Below are positions 1-10,328 of a stretch of 64,000 nt of DNA, piece after piece; position 1 is the stretch's first letter, and each line of letters begins with the position of its first letter. The position numbers were made by a program, and so were the translations under genes. Under the pieces are notes generated by a model. That model was not told where the DNA came from. It was given only the letters and a program-made list of their open reading frames with translations, and searched no databases. The stretch is from an uncultured delta proteobacterium (GTDB lineage Bacteria > Desulfobacterota > Desulfobacteria > Desulfobacterales > QNYZ01). The DNA lies in contig CAWJQU010000005.1 of the NCBI GenBank assembly GCA_963845145.1, positions 384,001 through 448,000 on the forward strand. Direction: 5' to 3'.

Positions 1-533
1 TGTATTTTGTTAAAGGCCTCCCCAATGGCGTGGTTGCCTGAGGCACATGCGGTGGTAACCACGTAATTCGGTCCAAACAGTTGATATTGAATGGCAAGGT
101 GGGAAGCAATCGCATTGGGTGTCACTCGCGGAATGCAAATCGGAGGCATCCGGTATGTCCCTTTGTTTGCATTCTTCATTATTTGTTCTTCGTGAAAAAG
201 GATTCCACCGAGACCGGAGCCGATGATTACTCCGACCCGCTTCCGGTCGAGCCCATCAAACATCAGACCGCTATCTTCAATGGCTAGCTTACCCGAGGCC
301 AGCCCAAGTTGTACAAACCGATCGACCTGTGCTGCCACCTCCCGGGGCATAAATTGTTCGGGGTCAAACGCCTTCACCTGCGCCGCATTTTTGGTAATGA
401 ATTTTGAGGTGTCGAATGACAACAACGGCTCAACGCCGGATTTACCCCTAAGGTTGGCCTCCCAAAAATCATCTTTTCCAATACCATTGGGAGCGACAAC
501 CCCGACCCCGGTGACAACGACTCTTTTACGCAT
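1..533 (-). CDS. fabF: Beta-ketoacyl-ACP synthase II, 5' part (runs off the window edge)
   Basis: Translated by hand from the ATG at 533: MRKRVVVTGVGVVAPNGIG...GVIIGSGLGG...GPNYVVTTACASGNHAIGEA, including the catalytic-Cys motif TACASG. Not in the ORF track because it is truncated. Confidence 0.9.
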   Translation of the reverse strand, partial: MRKRVVVTGVGVVAPNGIGKDDFWEANLRGKSGVEPLLSFDTSKFITKNAAQVKAFDPEQFMPREVAAQVDRFVQLGLASGKLAIEDSGLMFDGLDRKRVGVIIGSGLGGILFHEEQIMKNANKGTYRMPPICIPRVTPNAIASHLAIQYQLFGPNYVVTTACASGNHAIGEAFNKI

Positions 534-564
534 TAATATTGTCCTTTTTGAAACCACTTCTAAT

Positions 565-1758
565 CTAAATGACACATAATTCTTTGCCGATTTTTTCAAA
601 TTTTTCGAGAGCAAAGGTAATCTGGGCGGATGTGTGCGTGGCCATAAGGCTAACTCTTACTAAACATTGATTCGGTTGGACTGCGGGCGGCAATATCGGA
701 TTGACAAAAATGCCCTCCTCCTCAAGCCTTTTACACAACCTCATCAGGGTAACCTCATCGCCGACATGGACCGGGATTATGGGCGTTTCGGAGCACCCGG
801 TATTATACCCAAGAACATTGAATCCCTCCAGCATCTCCCGTGTGTTGCGCCAAAGCCTATCTATCCTTTCCGGTTCCCGCTTTATAATCTTAAGTGCTGC
901 CAGAGCCGAGGCGGTGGCTGATGCCGGTAGACTGGCGCTGAAAATAAACGCACGGGAATGGTGCTTGAGATATTCCACAGACAGTTTGTCGGCGGCAACA
1001 AACCCCCCAACTGCAGCCAGCGATTTGCTGAAGGTTCCCATTATGAAATCAACCCTATCCGTTAAACCAAAATGTGCGGCAGTACCGCTGCCCTTGGGAC
1101 CCAACACCCCCAGACCATGGGCATCGTCAATCATCAGCGTGGCCTCGAATTTATCCGCAAGGGCAACAAGTTCGGGCAATCTTGCGATATCCCCTTCCAT
1201 GCTGAAAACACCATCGGCGATCATGAATTTAACTTTATCCACGTCAAGCGTGGCCAATATCGTTTCAAGCTTATCCATGTCATTGTGGGGATAACGGATC
1301 GGCTTGGCCATTGATAGTCTTGCCCCATCGATAATACTCGCATGGTCGTTGAAATCCATGAGAATATAGTCCTGACGATTTAAAAGCGTGGCGATGACAC
1401 CCTGGTTAACCTGAAATCCGGTGGAAAAAAGCATAACCGCTTCCTTACCCAGCCAATCGGCCAGTTCAGCTTCCAGCTCACAGTGGATATCAAGCGTACC
1501 GTTCAAAAAACGCGAGCCGGCGTTTCCCGTGCCATATTTCGTTGCCGCTTTTATCGCCGCTTCCTTCACCTCAGGATGATTGGTCAGCCCCATATAACTG
1601 TTTGAACCCAGCATCAGGACTTTGCGGTTCCCCTTTAATGTCACTTCCGTATCCAAATCAGAGGTGATCTCGCGAAAATAGAAGTAATAACCCAATTGTT
1701 TGGCTTGATCCGCAAGGGTAAAGCCCTTGATTCTTTCAAAAATACGACCTTTAAGCAT
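565..1758 (-). CDS. spt: PLP-dependent alpha-oxoamine synthase, most similar to bacterial serine palmitoyltransferase
   Basis: GSNSYMGL, GSRFLNGT, STGFQVN, DHASIIDG, DDAHGLG and GTFSKS (PLP lysine). This motif set matches Bacteroides-type SPT better than Kbl (SVRFICGT) or BioF. Confidence 0.8.
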   Translation of the reverse strand: MLKGRIFERIKGFTLADQAKQLGYYFYFREITSDLDTEVTLKGNRKVLMLGSNSYMGLTNHPEVKEAAIKAATKYGTGNAGSRFLNGTLDIHCELEAELADWLGKEAVMLFSTGFQVNQGVIATLLNRQDYILMDFNDHASIIDGARLSMAKPIRYPHNDMDKLETILATLDVDKVKFMIADGVFSMEGDIARLPELVALADKFEATLMIDDAHGLGVLGPKGSGTAAHFGLTDRVDFIMGTFSKSLAAVGGFVAADKLSVEYLKHHSRAFIFSASLPASATASALAALKIIKREPERIDRLWRNTREMLEGFNVLGYNTGCSETPIIPVHVGDEVTLMRLCKRLEEEGIFVNPILPPAVQPNQCLVRVSLMATHTSAQITFALEKFEKIGKELCVI

Positions 1759-1951
1759 TTCAGTCCTAACCGTGGGTAGCTATCTGGAGCCTTCCAAATA
1801 GGTATGTAAAATGATTATTTAAAAAATAACCCTTTTATCTACCACAATCCAAGTTATTATCAACCCTGTCATTGCACGTAGGATTATAAAGGTATGAAAG
1901 GGCAGGTTTTTCTCTTTGAAAAAGAGAAAAAAGACCGTTAGCATGCTGGCG

Positions 1952-3001
1952 CTATTTTACCAAAAAAATAGTATAATGCGTCGGATGCAAATTGACGCGC
2001 GAAATCCCTCTGATTGACATAACTTCGCCACCCATAAAAATTTTGGCAGCTTGTTTGGCAAGCCAACCCTCCATGGTTGATAGAAAAGAGAACCGTTGAT
2101 GTTCCATGTGATTATTAATCGTGACAATACGCGGATCATTACGCCAAGTGATTTCGATTTCACTTAAATATTTTATTTTATTTAATATTTTCTTGTTGCC
2201 GGTTTTTATTTCTTTGGGAAACAGAATCTTACGAGTTTTTTTATCAATGACATAACCGTATGGGATAAAAGCGTATTTTTCGGAACCGACAATAATATTC
2301 CCGGCAAAAGGCGCATCCTTACCGTATAACTGAATAGCGTAAGCGGCCAAATCCATAGTCTGTTTTGTTTGCCGTAGGTGTTCCATATAGCCAAAGCCTT
2401 CGACTTTCATGATATCCTTTCCGATGCCGATCGACCCCCTTACATGCCCTTCGGGTATATGAACGTACAATCCGCTCCTTTGTTGCCCGATTTTAAACAC
2501 ACCGTCGCCGATAGCTTTTCCCAACAGTGTGTTGCTAAATCTCAGGTCCAAAACAAACCCTTCGTTTTTCAAAGTCTTAAAAACAACATGATGGCCGTCT
2601 CCGGGGAGTCCTGCCATGTAAAAAATATTGTTCTCGGATCCGGTACGAATATGAATGCCGGCGCTTGCACCCTTGTGCTCAACAAAGCGATCCTCGGAAT
2701 ACTCGCGACCAACCTGATGATTTTTATCACGAAAATTATAAAACGATATATTAATGCCACAATTCGTTCCTAAAAAGGGAACGCTCATTATTGAAAAGCT
2801 TAGAAAAACTTTGGTACCATCGTTGAGTACAAAATTATACCGCCAAATCTCGTTGTATTTAATCTCGCTTTGGGTATGCCGAAAAAAATCCGCAGCTGTG
2901 AGTTCTCGTTCCGTCCCTCTGGGAAAAACAATTTCCTGAGCAAATGCGGTCATGCCGACATAAAAAACCAGCTGACCTATGACCAAAAATATGCTTTTCA
3001 T
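1952..3001 (-). CDS. Secreted hypothetical protein, possible AttH/CrtC/Svf1-like beta-barrel lipid-binding fold
   Basis: 349 aa with a signal peptide (AFA-QE), an N-terminal 'NEIWRYNF' and a 'GFGYMEH' motif reminiscent of the AttH/CrtC family. Confidence 0.5.
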   Translation of the reverse strand: MKSIFLVIGQLVFYVGMTAFAQEIVFPRGTERELTAADFFRHTQSEIKYNEIWRYNFVLNDGTKVFLSFSIMSVPFLGTNCGINISFYNFRDKNHQVGREYSEDRFVEHKGASAGIHIRTGSENNIFYMAGLPGDGHHVVFKTLKNEGFVLDLRFSNTLLGKAIGDGVFKIGQQRSGLYVHIPEGHVRGSIGIGKDIMKVEGFGYMEHLRQTKQTMDLAAYAIQLYGKDAPFAGNIIVGSEKYAFIPYGYVIDKKTRKILFPKEIKTGNKKILNKIKYLSEIEITWRNDPRIVTINNHMEHQRFSFLSTMEGWLAKQAAKIFMGGEVMSIRGISRVNLHPTHYTIFLVK

Positions 3002-3236
3002 TCGCTCCTTTGCCTAAAAAAACGGATATACAATTCAAAACCAAATTGCATTTGGATCCCAAAACGCCACCGACCGCTTTCTTATTCCTACACCTTGCAT
3101 AGATAGGGAAACAAGCTGTTATATTGCCTTCGTATGTATCTTGTGATAAATGTACAATAATTCAAAGGTAGGGTCCCCGTGTTACCGTCTAGTATCGTGT
3201 AGGGTTTTTATAACCGATGAGTTCTACAGAAAAAAA

Positions 3237-4088
3237 ATGGTCTCGAAATTTGCATCGAACGCACCGGCAAACCGCCGATATGAAAAAGACACATTTTCCA
3301 TCATACTTCCCTTCTATAACGAAGCCGGTTACCTGGAGCAGACCCTGACCTGCTGGTTGGCGCAAACACGAAGGCCCGATCAGATCATACTAATAGACAA
3401 TGGTTCCACTGACGGTTCCCCAGACATCGCAAGACGCATACTGGCGGGCGTCTGCAATATCAGCATCGTCTATCTACAGGAACCCCGTCCCGGAAAAGTC
3501 CATGCGCTGGAAACCGGGTGCCAAGCTATAGCCGGTGAGTTTGCCGTCATGTCCGACGCCGATACCCGCTACCCCCCTCATTACCTCCAGCTTTGTGAAC
3601 AGCTTTTTGCTGAAACGGATGAACAAACAGCCGTGCTCATGGCCTTGCCGGAGACCGACCAACCCCAAGCTCGCCTTTCCCGGTATCGTCGCCGCTATTT
3701 TATCACCCTGCATAAGCTGTCTAAAAAGCACACTTTAACCGGTGGATACGGCCAGGTCTTTAGAACCAAAGCGCTCTGGAAAGCCGGCGGATTTTCCGAA
3801 AAACACTGGCCCCACGTGCTTATGGACCACGAAATCATGTACCGTATCTTTAAATTCGGCCGATCCCGATACCATATGGACCTTTGGTGTCAGTCCTCCC
3901 AGCGGCGTAAAAATCGCCGCCGGGTAAGATGGAATCTGCCGGAACGAATCTTATATGCACTCACGCCCCATTCGCTCCAGGGATGGTTCTTCTATAACTT
4001 CCTAAACCACCGCTTTTCTAAACGGGGCTTGAACCATCTCCGGCTGAGGGAGAAACCATGGCAAATGCCGAAAACCAACCCAAAATAA
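3237..4088 (+). CDS. Glycosyltransferase family 2
   Basis: IILPFYNE, IDNGSTDGS, GK.HAL and a DAD motif. Start placed at ATG 3237 (the track gives 3150). Confidence 0.9.
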   Translation: MVSKFASNAPANRRYEKDTFSIILPFYNEAGYLEQTLTCWLAQTRRPDQIILIDNGSTDGSPDIARRILAGVCNISIVYLQEPRPGKVHALETGCQAIAGEFAVMSDADTRYPPHYLQLCEQLFAETDEQTAVLMALPETDQPQARLSRYRRRYFITLHKLSKKHTLTGGYGQVFRTKALWKAGGFSEKHWPHVLMDHEIMYRIFKFGRSRYHMDLWCQSSQRRKNRRRVRWNLPERILYALTPHSLQGWFFYNFLNHRFSKRGLNHLRLREKPWQMPKTNPK

Positions 4089-4333
4089 TTTGCCTCATGG
4101 TGACCGCCTACCGATCCCGGCTGTTAAAACGGTCCCTGCTTGCTTATCGCAAACAGCGCCATAAAAACACCGAACTGATTGTCGAAGATGACGACAAAGG
4201 GGACTTGGCTCCTCTTTTGAGGGAGCTTCCCGGTGGAATCAAGTATTTGAAAATTGAAAAAAAAGCGGGAATTGAGCGGCGTCTGAAGTCGGTTTTTCAA
4301 TACAACTCCCGATTGCCTGCAGAAAAAGGGTAA
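4058..4333 (+). pseudogene. Truncated GT2, homologous to the N-terminus of 7118-7912
   Basis: PKIICLMVTAYR...KQRHKNTELIVEDDD aligns with PKVSCLMVTRNR...NQSWKNKELVILDDG. Only 91 aa, with the catalytic core missing. Confidence 0.75.
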
Positions 4334-4336
4334 CCA

Positions 4337-5434
4337 ATGCGTATTGCCTTGATTCTCACCTATCCACTTTACTATGACGGTGTTCCCATGGATCAATGGA
4401 TAGCACAGCCTTGCCGGGAGCGGCGCCTGGCTGGCTTGGTTGCCGCCGAGGGGCACCGAGTTGAGTTTTGGGCGGTGGGTAAAGAAGAGACGCATTTTGC
4501 CTGCAACGATTGTGGGGGTAAATTTACGATCCGTATCTTCAAAGCCGACCATAAAGGTCGGCGCACGAAACATGATGCCAGTGACTTGTTGGTGGATCAT
4601 GCCCGCGCCTTTAATGCGGATCTGCATATTTTAAAAGGGGTGGACGGTGGTGCCGGCACCTTGCTTATTCGCAATTATCTGAAAAAAAGGCGCTGTTCTC
4701 TGGCCCTCATTCTAGGTGGTGGTTATCAATCCCGTTACTATTCCCTGGCTCGGATCGTCTTTTATGAAAGCGAGGTGCAGAAGCGACGCCTTATGGCGCC
4801 AGGGTGGCGGTTTTGGCAAACAAAACCGGATACGAAGGCATTCATTCGACTCCCCAAATGGGTGGATAATCAGGTCTTTGTTCCGCAGAACCTTCAAAAA
4901 AAATGGGACATATTGATAATCGGGCGTTTGGTTCAGCGGAAAAAAAATTACGACGCCCTGGGCATCCTATCGGAACATTTCCGTGTGGCTGTAATCGGTG
5001 ATGGTGACGACGCCCCCCGACTGCGGGCCTCCTATCCCAAAGTCCAATGGCTGGGCTTTGTACCCAACCGGGAACTGCCGGGGTATATCAACCGGGCGCA
5101 CTTGCTCATGCATACCAGCTTAAGGGAATTTTACCCTCGGGTGGTGGCGGAAGCTCTGACCTGCGGTGTGCCCTGTGTTGCTTTTGCCGGTCCCATTGCC
5201 GAAGATGTAATACCAGTTGAATGCGGTCTGTTGCTGGACCCTAAAGATTATATTTCTCCCTTGGGGGAACTGTTGGGCGACAAAGAGAGACGGCGAAAAA
5301 TGGGAGAACAGGCGGTGCGGCATGCCCGCGCGCACATCGGTAAAGAGGCGTGCCTGACCGCCCTGAAGAAAATGTTCGGCCGTGTGGCAGAGGACGCCCG
5401 AATAGGCTGTCCCGACGATGCGCAATCTGTTTGA
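4337..5434 (+). CDS. Glycosyltransferase family 4 (GT-B fold)
   Basis: IGRLVQRKKN, VIGDG and the E-x7-E motif EFYPRVVAEALTCGVP. Confidence 0.9.
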   Translation: MRIALILTYPLYYDGVPMDQWIAQPCRERRLAGLVAAEGHRVEFWAVGKEETHFACNDCGGKFTIRIFKADHKGRRTKHDASDLLVDHARAFNADLHILKGVDGGAGTLLIRNYLKKRRCSLALILGGGYQSRYYSLARIVFYESEVQKRRLMAPGWRFWQTKPDTKAFIRLPKWVDNQVFVPQNLQKKWDILIIGRLVQRKKNYDALGILSEHFRVAVIGDGDDAPRLRASYPKVQWLGFVPNRELPGYINRAHLLMHTSLREFYPRVVAEALTCGVPCVAFAGPIAEDVIPVECGLLLDPKDYISPLGELLGDKERRRKMGEQAVRHARAHIGKEACLTALKKMFGRVAEDARIGCPDDAQSV

Positions 5435-5454
5435 TTTCGCTGTTAGCCACCGGC

Positions 5455-6495
5455 ATGAAAAACGAAGGTAACGTCAGGATGAACCAAATGAACTTTTTTT
5501 CGGACCGTTTGCGCCGCCTTAAAGCGTGGGGCGAAACCCCTTCCGGCAAACGGACGGCCAAACTGGCAGGGCTGTTATTTACAATTGGAATAGCGCTTTA
5601 CCTGGCATACAAGCTTACCCTTATCGGTTGGCATAAAGTGTGGCAAGCGTTGCCTGTCACACCTTGGTTTTATGTGCTCATGTTAGGTATCTTTTTCTGC
5701 CTGCCCTTTTTCCAGGTGATGATTTACCGTGTGGCCTGGAATGGGCGCACCGCAGCGTGGCCTCTTTTCCTGGCTTTGCTGAATAAGCGGGCGTTGGATA
5801 AAGATGTCATGGGTTATTCAGGGGAAGTTTACCTTTATGCGTGGGCGCGCAAGCATGTGGGTCAATCTGGAAAAGTGACATTGCAGACCATGAAAGATAA
5901 TGTGATCCTTTCTTCAACGGCCTCAACGATAGTGGCCGCGGTTTTGCTGGCAATCTTTTTTGCTATGGGTCGGGTACACCTTCCCGAAAAGTGGGTCAGT
6001 CCTGTGTTTCTTTTTATCATCATTTTTGCCCTTGTGGGAGTGCCGGCTGGTGTTCTTATTTTTAAATTTAAAAAAAGTATTTTGTTTCTACCCATGAAAC
6101 CGGTACTGGTAATATTTGGTTTGCATATCATCCGTTTATTGGTCGTCCAGGGTTTGCAGGTTATTCAGTGGGCGGTGGTGATGCCTGAAATTCCTTTGAC
6201 GAACTGGTTTACCCTTTTAGCGGCGCAGATCATTATCTCCCGCCTTCCGCTGTTACCCAGCCGGGACCTGATCTTTTTGGGAACCGGGCTGGAGCTTTCA
6301 ACCTTCATCAGCATCAATACCTCCGCCATGGCCGGCCTGCTCCTGGCAGCATCGGTATTGAGTAAAACGCTTAACCTGTTTTTCTTTATCGTGGTCTTTT
6401 GGATTACCCGTAAGCATCCGGACCCGACGGTGGAAGCGTCTCTTTTTCCCGACAAAGAGGATAGCCGTGCAAATGGGTGTACCTCCTCTGCATGA
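5455..6495 (+). CDS. Multi-pass membrane protein, lysylphosphatidylglycerol-synthase TM / flippase-like
   Basis: Roughly 8 hydrophobic segments and a 'YSGEVYLY' motif, in an operon with glycosyltransferases. Start is 5455 or 5479. Confidence 0.6.
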   Translation: MKNEGNVRMNQMNFFSDRLRRLKAWGETPSGKRTAKLAGLLFTIGIALYLAYKLTLIGWHKVWQALPVTPWFYVLMLGIFFCLPFFQVMIYRVAWNGRTAAWPLFLALLNKRALDKDVMGYSGEVYLYAWARKHVGQSGKVTLQTMKDNVILSSTASTIVAAVLLAIFFAMGRVHLPEKWVSPVFLFIIIFALVGVPAGVLIFKFKKSILFLPMKPVLVIFGLHIIRLLVVQGLQVIQWAVVMPEIPLTNWFTLLAAQIIISRLPLLPSRDLIFLGTGLELSTFISINTSAMAGLLLAASVLSKTLNLFFFIVVFWITRKHPDPTVEASLFPDKEDSRANGCTSSA

Positions 6496-6510
6496 TGGTA
6501 ACCCGCCGTT

Positions 6511-6550
6511 TCATTGAATATCTCCGTCTCCATCCACGCATGCAATCCAT
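6511..6550 (-). pseudogene. 3' tail of a lost paralogue of the GINT1-like gene
   Basis: Encodes WIACVDGDGDIQ*, versus WIACVDGFGDIQ* at the end of 10906-11973. Confidence 0.8.
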
Positions 6551-6609
6551 CTACCGACGGCAAAATTATTCTGAATGCGGTGGACAAGAACGAATACTAC
6601 GAACTTGAA

Positions 6610-6925
6610 AACAAAAATAAACTCGAAATTGAGTATGCCGTTGAAAAAGAGCCCGTGGGTATAGGTGGAGGAATATCCAGTGCCTTGCAGAAGATCTCAA
6701 GCGAGAAAGCTTTTTTTACTTAATGGCGGGGTTTATGTGTTGCAGAAAAAACTTTTTGACCAAGCCACCTTACCAAAAAAATTCTCATTTGAAACCGACA
6801 TAATGGAAGCATTTGTTGAAGACAACAATTTCCAGGGTTTCAAATCAAAAGGTTATTTTATTGATATTGGTATAACCCAAGACTACGAAAAAGCGCAAAA
6901 AGAGCTTCCCAAAATAGGCATTTGA
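6610..6925 (+). pseudogene. Sugar-phosphate nucleotidyltransferase remnant (HddC-like)
   Basis: EYAVEKEPVGIGGGI, then a frameshift in a T-run, then LLNG/GVY...FSFETD...GYFIDIG. The N-terminus is missing and there is an internal deletion. Confidence 0.8.
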
Positions 6926-7022
6926 ATATTTTCTGAAGCCGATGGTTCTGAACTGTGGAAAAAAGTTCACCCAAAAATCCTGAAAGAAAAATCTGGGTAT
7001 CTGCCCCGCCCAGCGGCAGGGC

Positions 7023-7073
7023 CTATCGCACAAGCGTCAGGTCGATGTCAAACAGGACGAGCCGGTGAAACAC
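7023..7073 (-). pseudogene. N-terminal stub of a HAD-family hydrolase
   Basis: AAGGA RBS plus GTG start, encoding VFHRLVLFDIDLTLVR* (HAD motif I, DxDxT). Confidence 0.55.
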
Positions 7074-7117
7074 GCTGACTTCCTTGGTGGAGGGTGTTTA
7101 GGCCTAAGGGTTCGGAA

Positions 7118-7912
7118 TCAGGCGGTCTCCCCGCGTTCGGAAAAGAGCCCTAGCCGGCGGCTATCGGTTAAAAACAGCTCGCAGGCTTGACGCTCCGCCT
7201 CGTTGAGCTGAAAGGCTGGGTGTGTCAGCAGTTCGCCTCGTGCGTAGCGGGCGAACAGGTACTGCGCCAAATGCAGCGGTGTGTTGCGCAGCCGCCGCAG
7301 GAAGTGAGCCTTGTCCCAAGTGTTGTCGCCGTGGTGGCAACGGATGAACAACTGTGATGCCTCCCGCCCGAAGGCTGTGTAGCGGCCCCGGTCGCGAAAG
7401 AGGTCGCGGAAGAAGTCGTCCTCGCCCTTTTCTTCGTTGCGGTAACGCAAGCCTTCGATTTTCTTGTGGATGATGGTTCCCGAAGTCCCGCCTGAAAGCT
7501 TGGCTCTAAACGGCCGTTCAAGGAAATTCCCCTGGTCGAGATGCATCAGCGTCCACTCGCAGGTGCAGGCTTTGCTGCCTTGTAGAAGCGGAGCCATCTG
7601 TCGCTCGATGCGCTCGGGATGGTACCAGTCGTCGTCATCCCACTGGGCGCAGTAATCACCCTCGGCGGCATCGATGGCGAGATTGCGAAGCTCGCCAAGG
7701 AACCTTCCCTCAACCTCCGGCAGCTTCTCGTAACGGATTGTGAGGCGCTCGCGATAGGGCGCGAGCATGGGCTCGTAATCCTCGGCGCCGTCGTCGAGGA
7801 TCACGAGTTCCTTGTTCTTCCAGCTTTGATTGGTGAAGCACTTGACCGCTCGCTCGGCGAGACGCACACGGTTGCGGGTTACCATCAGGCAGCTTACTTT
7901 TGGTTCGTCCAT
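7118..7912 (-). CDS. Glycosyltransferase family 2 (GC-rich, probably foreign)
   Basis: CLMVT, VILDDG, LGELRN, QWDDDDWYHPER, GED. Confidence 0.9.
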   Translation of the reverse strand: MDEPKVSCLMVTRNRVRLAERAVKCFTNQSWKNKELVILDDGAEDYEPMLAPYRERLTIRYEKLPEVEGRFLGELRNLAIDAAEGDYCAQWDDDDWYHPERIERQMAPLLQGSKACTCEWTLMHLDQGNFLERPFRAKLSGGTSGTIIHKKIEGLRYRNEEKGEDDFFRDLFRDRGRYTAFGREASQLFIRCHHGDNTWDKAHFLRRLRNTPLHLAQYLFARYARGELLTHPAFQLNEAERQACELFLTDSRRLGLFSERGETA

Positions 7913-8157
7913 GAAATGCCTCCTTGGCGGCGGATCGACACAAGGAGGTTATAGACCAGCAAACTGAATCATTCCATTACTTTTTACAGAAACCCCTTAC
8001 TTTCTATAATTTTGTCAGACTGATACATTTTAAAGAATGAAAACAATAAAATTGAGCTTCTTCTAAACTTTCTAAGTTTATAATAATCTCAGGTTATTTG
8101 TATTTATCTACGGAAGAATGGGGGCCATTGTCAACCAGGAACGCGGGTAAAAAAACT

Positions 8158-8367
8158 AGTGAATTTCCATTTTTCGGGAAAATCTGACGCCCTGTAAAGC
8201 CGAACCGATGAAACCGCGTTGCTTTCGGGAATCATGTAATAATGGCCGCCATGCTCGAAAACATACGGTTAAGATAGATGAAACGGCTCGTTTAGAACGA
8301 TTTTCCCATATGTCCAGTAAAGACCGTCCTCGCTTTTCGCATATCCGATATCGCCTTGATGGTTTGT
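8158..8367 (-). pseudogene. Internal fragment of a GINT1-like paralogue (copy of 11368-11577)
   Basis: 210-bp ungapped match with 13 mismatches by hand count, including a TAC>TAA nonsense change. Confidence 0.9.
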
Positions 8368-9139
8368 AAATCAATTTATCTCTCAATGCCATATATTGTA
8401 TAGGTAATTTTTTGTTATTGTGGCAATGAAATGGTTAGCGGGCTTATCTGGGACGAATCTGAAAGCCGGAACTTTGTGACCGATAATGTCGGTGTCAACC
8501 ACCGTTCCCCCAACTTTACATCTACTTTTGGGAAATAAATTTATTGAAGGTCTTGGCGGCGTGATTTCCAAATGCGGTTGTCCTGATATCCATTGCAGGA
8601 CAGGTGTACCGATTTTTATTCCACAGTACATTAATTGTTGATTGTTGCTTGATTTTATTCTAAATAAGCGCACGTTCATTTACGGTTATTAGCTGAATCT
8701 GTTTTTGTGTCCTGTATATTTTGAGCCTGAATTGAAAAGGAGCGGAAATGAAACTGAATCGGAAATTGGCACGCCTATTCGCAGCACTTATCTTGCAGCA
8801 TTCAAGGCCAACGAGCTTGGTGAGACCCCTCCCGTCGCTCCCAACACCACCATGATGGAACAGACAATCCCAATGGTCGCAAGCAAAACCTACGGGTAAA
8901 AATTATTGTTAAGGTAGCTAAATACTTCTTAGGATTCGGCCATTGCGAAATTTTATTCGTTGGGCTGTCCGCGGGTAGTATTTATTCAAACAATGATATT
9001 GAAACCATTTTTCATTTTTTCGATCACTTGGTATTAGGCAATTAAAAGGCGGATTCGATTGTAAAACAGCCTGTTATGATCTGACTGCTTACTTTCTTTT
9101 AATGTTGTGTGGTTTTAAAATATTTTGTTTAAGGAGATA

Positions 9140-10192
9140 ATGATGCGAAAATATTTTTTTATTCTATTGTTTGGAGTACTGGTGGTTTCGTGTGTAAGCG
9201 TTCCGGTACAAACGGGAACAAGCGATTCAAAAAGCCCGGCCACGGGTTCTGCTGCGGGATCTCATTCGCAAGGAGAAAATAGTGCTTTGGAAAAATGTAA
9301 CGCCACCATGGGCACACTAACCATACTCGAGGATCGCTACGCCTCATGGTATAGCTATATGGGGAGATACGGGATTCATTCTACCGTTCCGGTTTTACGA
9401 TTGTTCGCCCAGCAAAGTGGCTGTTTTGTCGTGGTCGAAAGAGGGCGAGGGCTCAGGAGTGCAACCGAGGAGCGACGACTTCAATCTTCCGGTGAACTAC
9501 GTGAAGGAAGCAATTTTGGGAAAGGACAAATGGTATCCGCAGACTACACCATGACACCAACGCTCATTTTCAGCGATAGTAACACAAGTGGTATCGGTGG
9601 CGCCGTCGGAGGAATCATCGGTGGTCGCCTGGGGGCAGCGGTAGGGGGAAGTATGCGGGTAAAAAGCGCGCAGAGTATGCTTACTTTGGTGGACAACCGG
9701 TCCACCGTCCAGGTGGCTGTCGCTGAGGGTAGCTCAAGGGGGATGGATTTTGGAATCATTCAAGGCTTATTTACAGGGAGTGCCGGCGGCATTTTGGGTG
9801 CCTATACCAAAACACCTGAGGGCAAGGTGATTGTCGGTGCCATGATGGATGCGTTTAATAATATGGTTAAGGCGGTACGAAACTATTCGCCCCAAACGCC
9901 CGCTGGTCCCGGCGGTCTTGGAACGGGAGGAAAACTGAAGGTAGACGGGACAGCCGGAGCGAAAGCAGGAAAGCAATCAAATACCCACGCGGCCGAACAT
10001 GATAGAGCGACCATAAAAGAGATGCAAATTATTTTGAATAAATTAGGATTTAATGTCGGCACCCCGGATGGTGTCCCTGGAAAAAAGACCCGGAATGCGG
10101 TTTCTACTTTTCAAAAAGTCAGTGGCCTCCCGGTAAGCGGCAACCTGGATCGTGAAACGATTGATAGGTTACGTAAAGTTGGCGGCGTTTAG
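9140..10192 (+). CDS. CsgG/HfaB-family lipoprotein with C-terminal peptidoglycan-binding domain
   Basis: AAGGAG RBS, lipobox-like VVSC, QQSGCFVVVERG, and PG_binding_1-like LNKLGF..G.PDGVPGKKTRNAV..FQ. Confidence 0.85.
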   Translation: MMRKYFFILLFGVLVVSCVSVPVQTGTSDSKSPATGSAAGSHSQGENSALEKCNATMGTLTILEDRYASWYSYMGRYGIHSTVPVLRLFAQQSGCFVVVERGRGLRSATEERRLQSSGELREGSNFGKGQMVSADYTMTPTLIFSDSNTSGIGGAVGGIIGGRLGAAVGGSMRVKSAQSMLTLVDNRSTVQVAVAEGSSRGMDFGIIQGLFTGSAGGILGAYTKTPEGKVIVGAMMDAFNNMVKAVRNYSPQTPAGPGGLGTGGKLKVDGTAGAKAGKQSNTHAAEHDRATIKEMQIILNKLGFNVGTPDGVPGKKTRNAVSTFQKVSGLPVSGNLDRETIDRLRKVGGV

Positions 10193-10328
10193 TTTATGTG
10201 CTGCAAATGTTTCTGCTGAAGTGGAAGTATGGCAATCATTTCGATCAATGTATTTTGATAGATATTCAGTTAGTTGGTTGATCTATTTTTTGTAAAATAG
10301 TCTTTCTATGACAAATATGTTACTTCCC

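Noticed and set aside
565..1758. Annotation as bioF or kbl
   Set aside because: The GSRFLNGT/STGFQVN signature and the lipid/GT context favour SPT, and there are no bio or tdh neighbours. Not fully excluded without a phylogeny.
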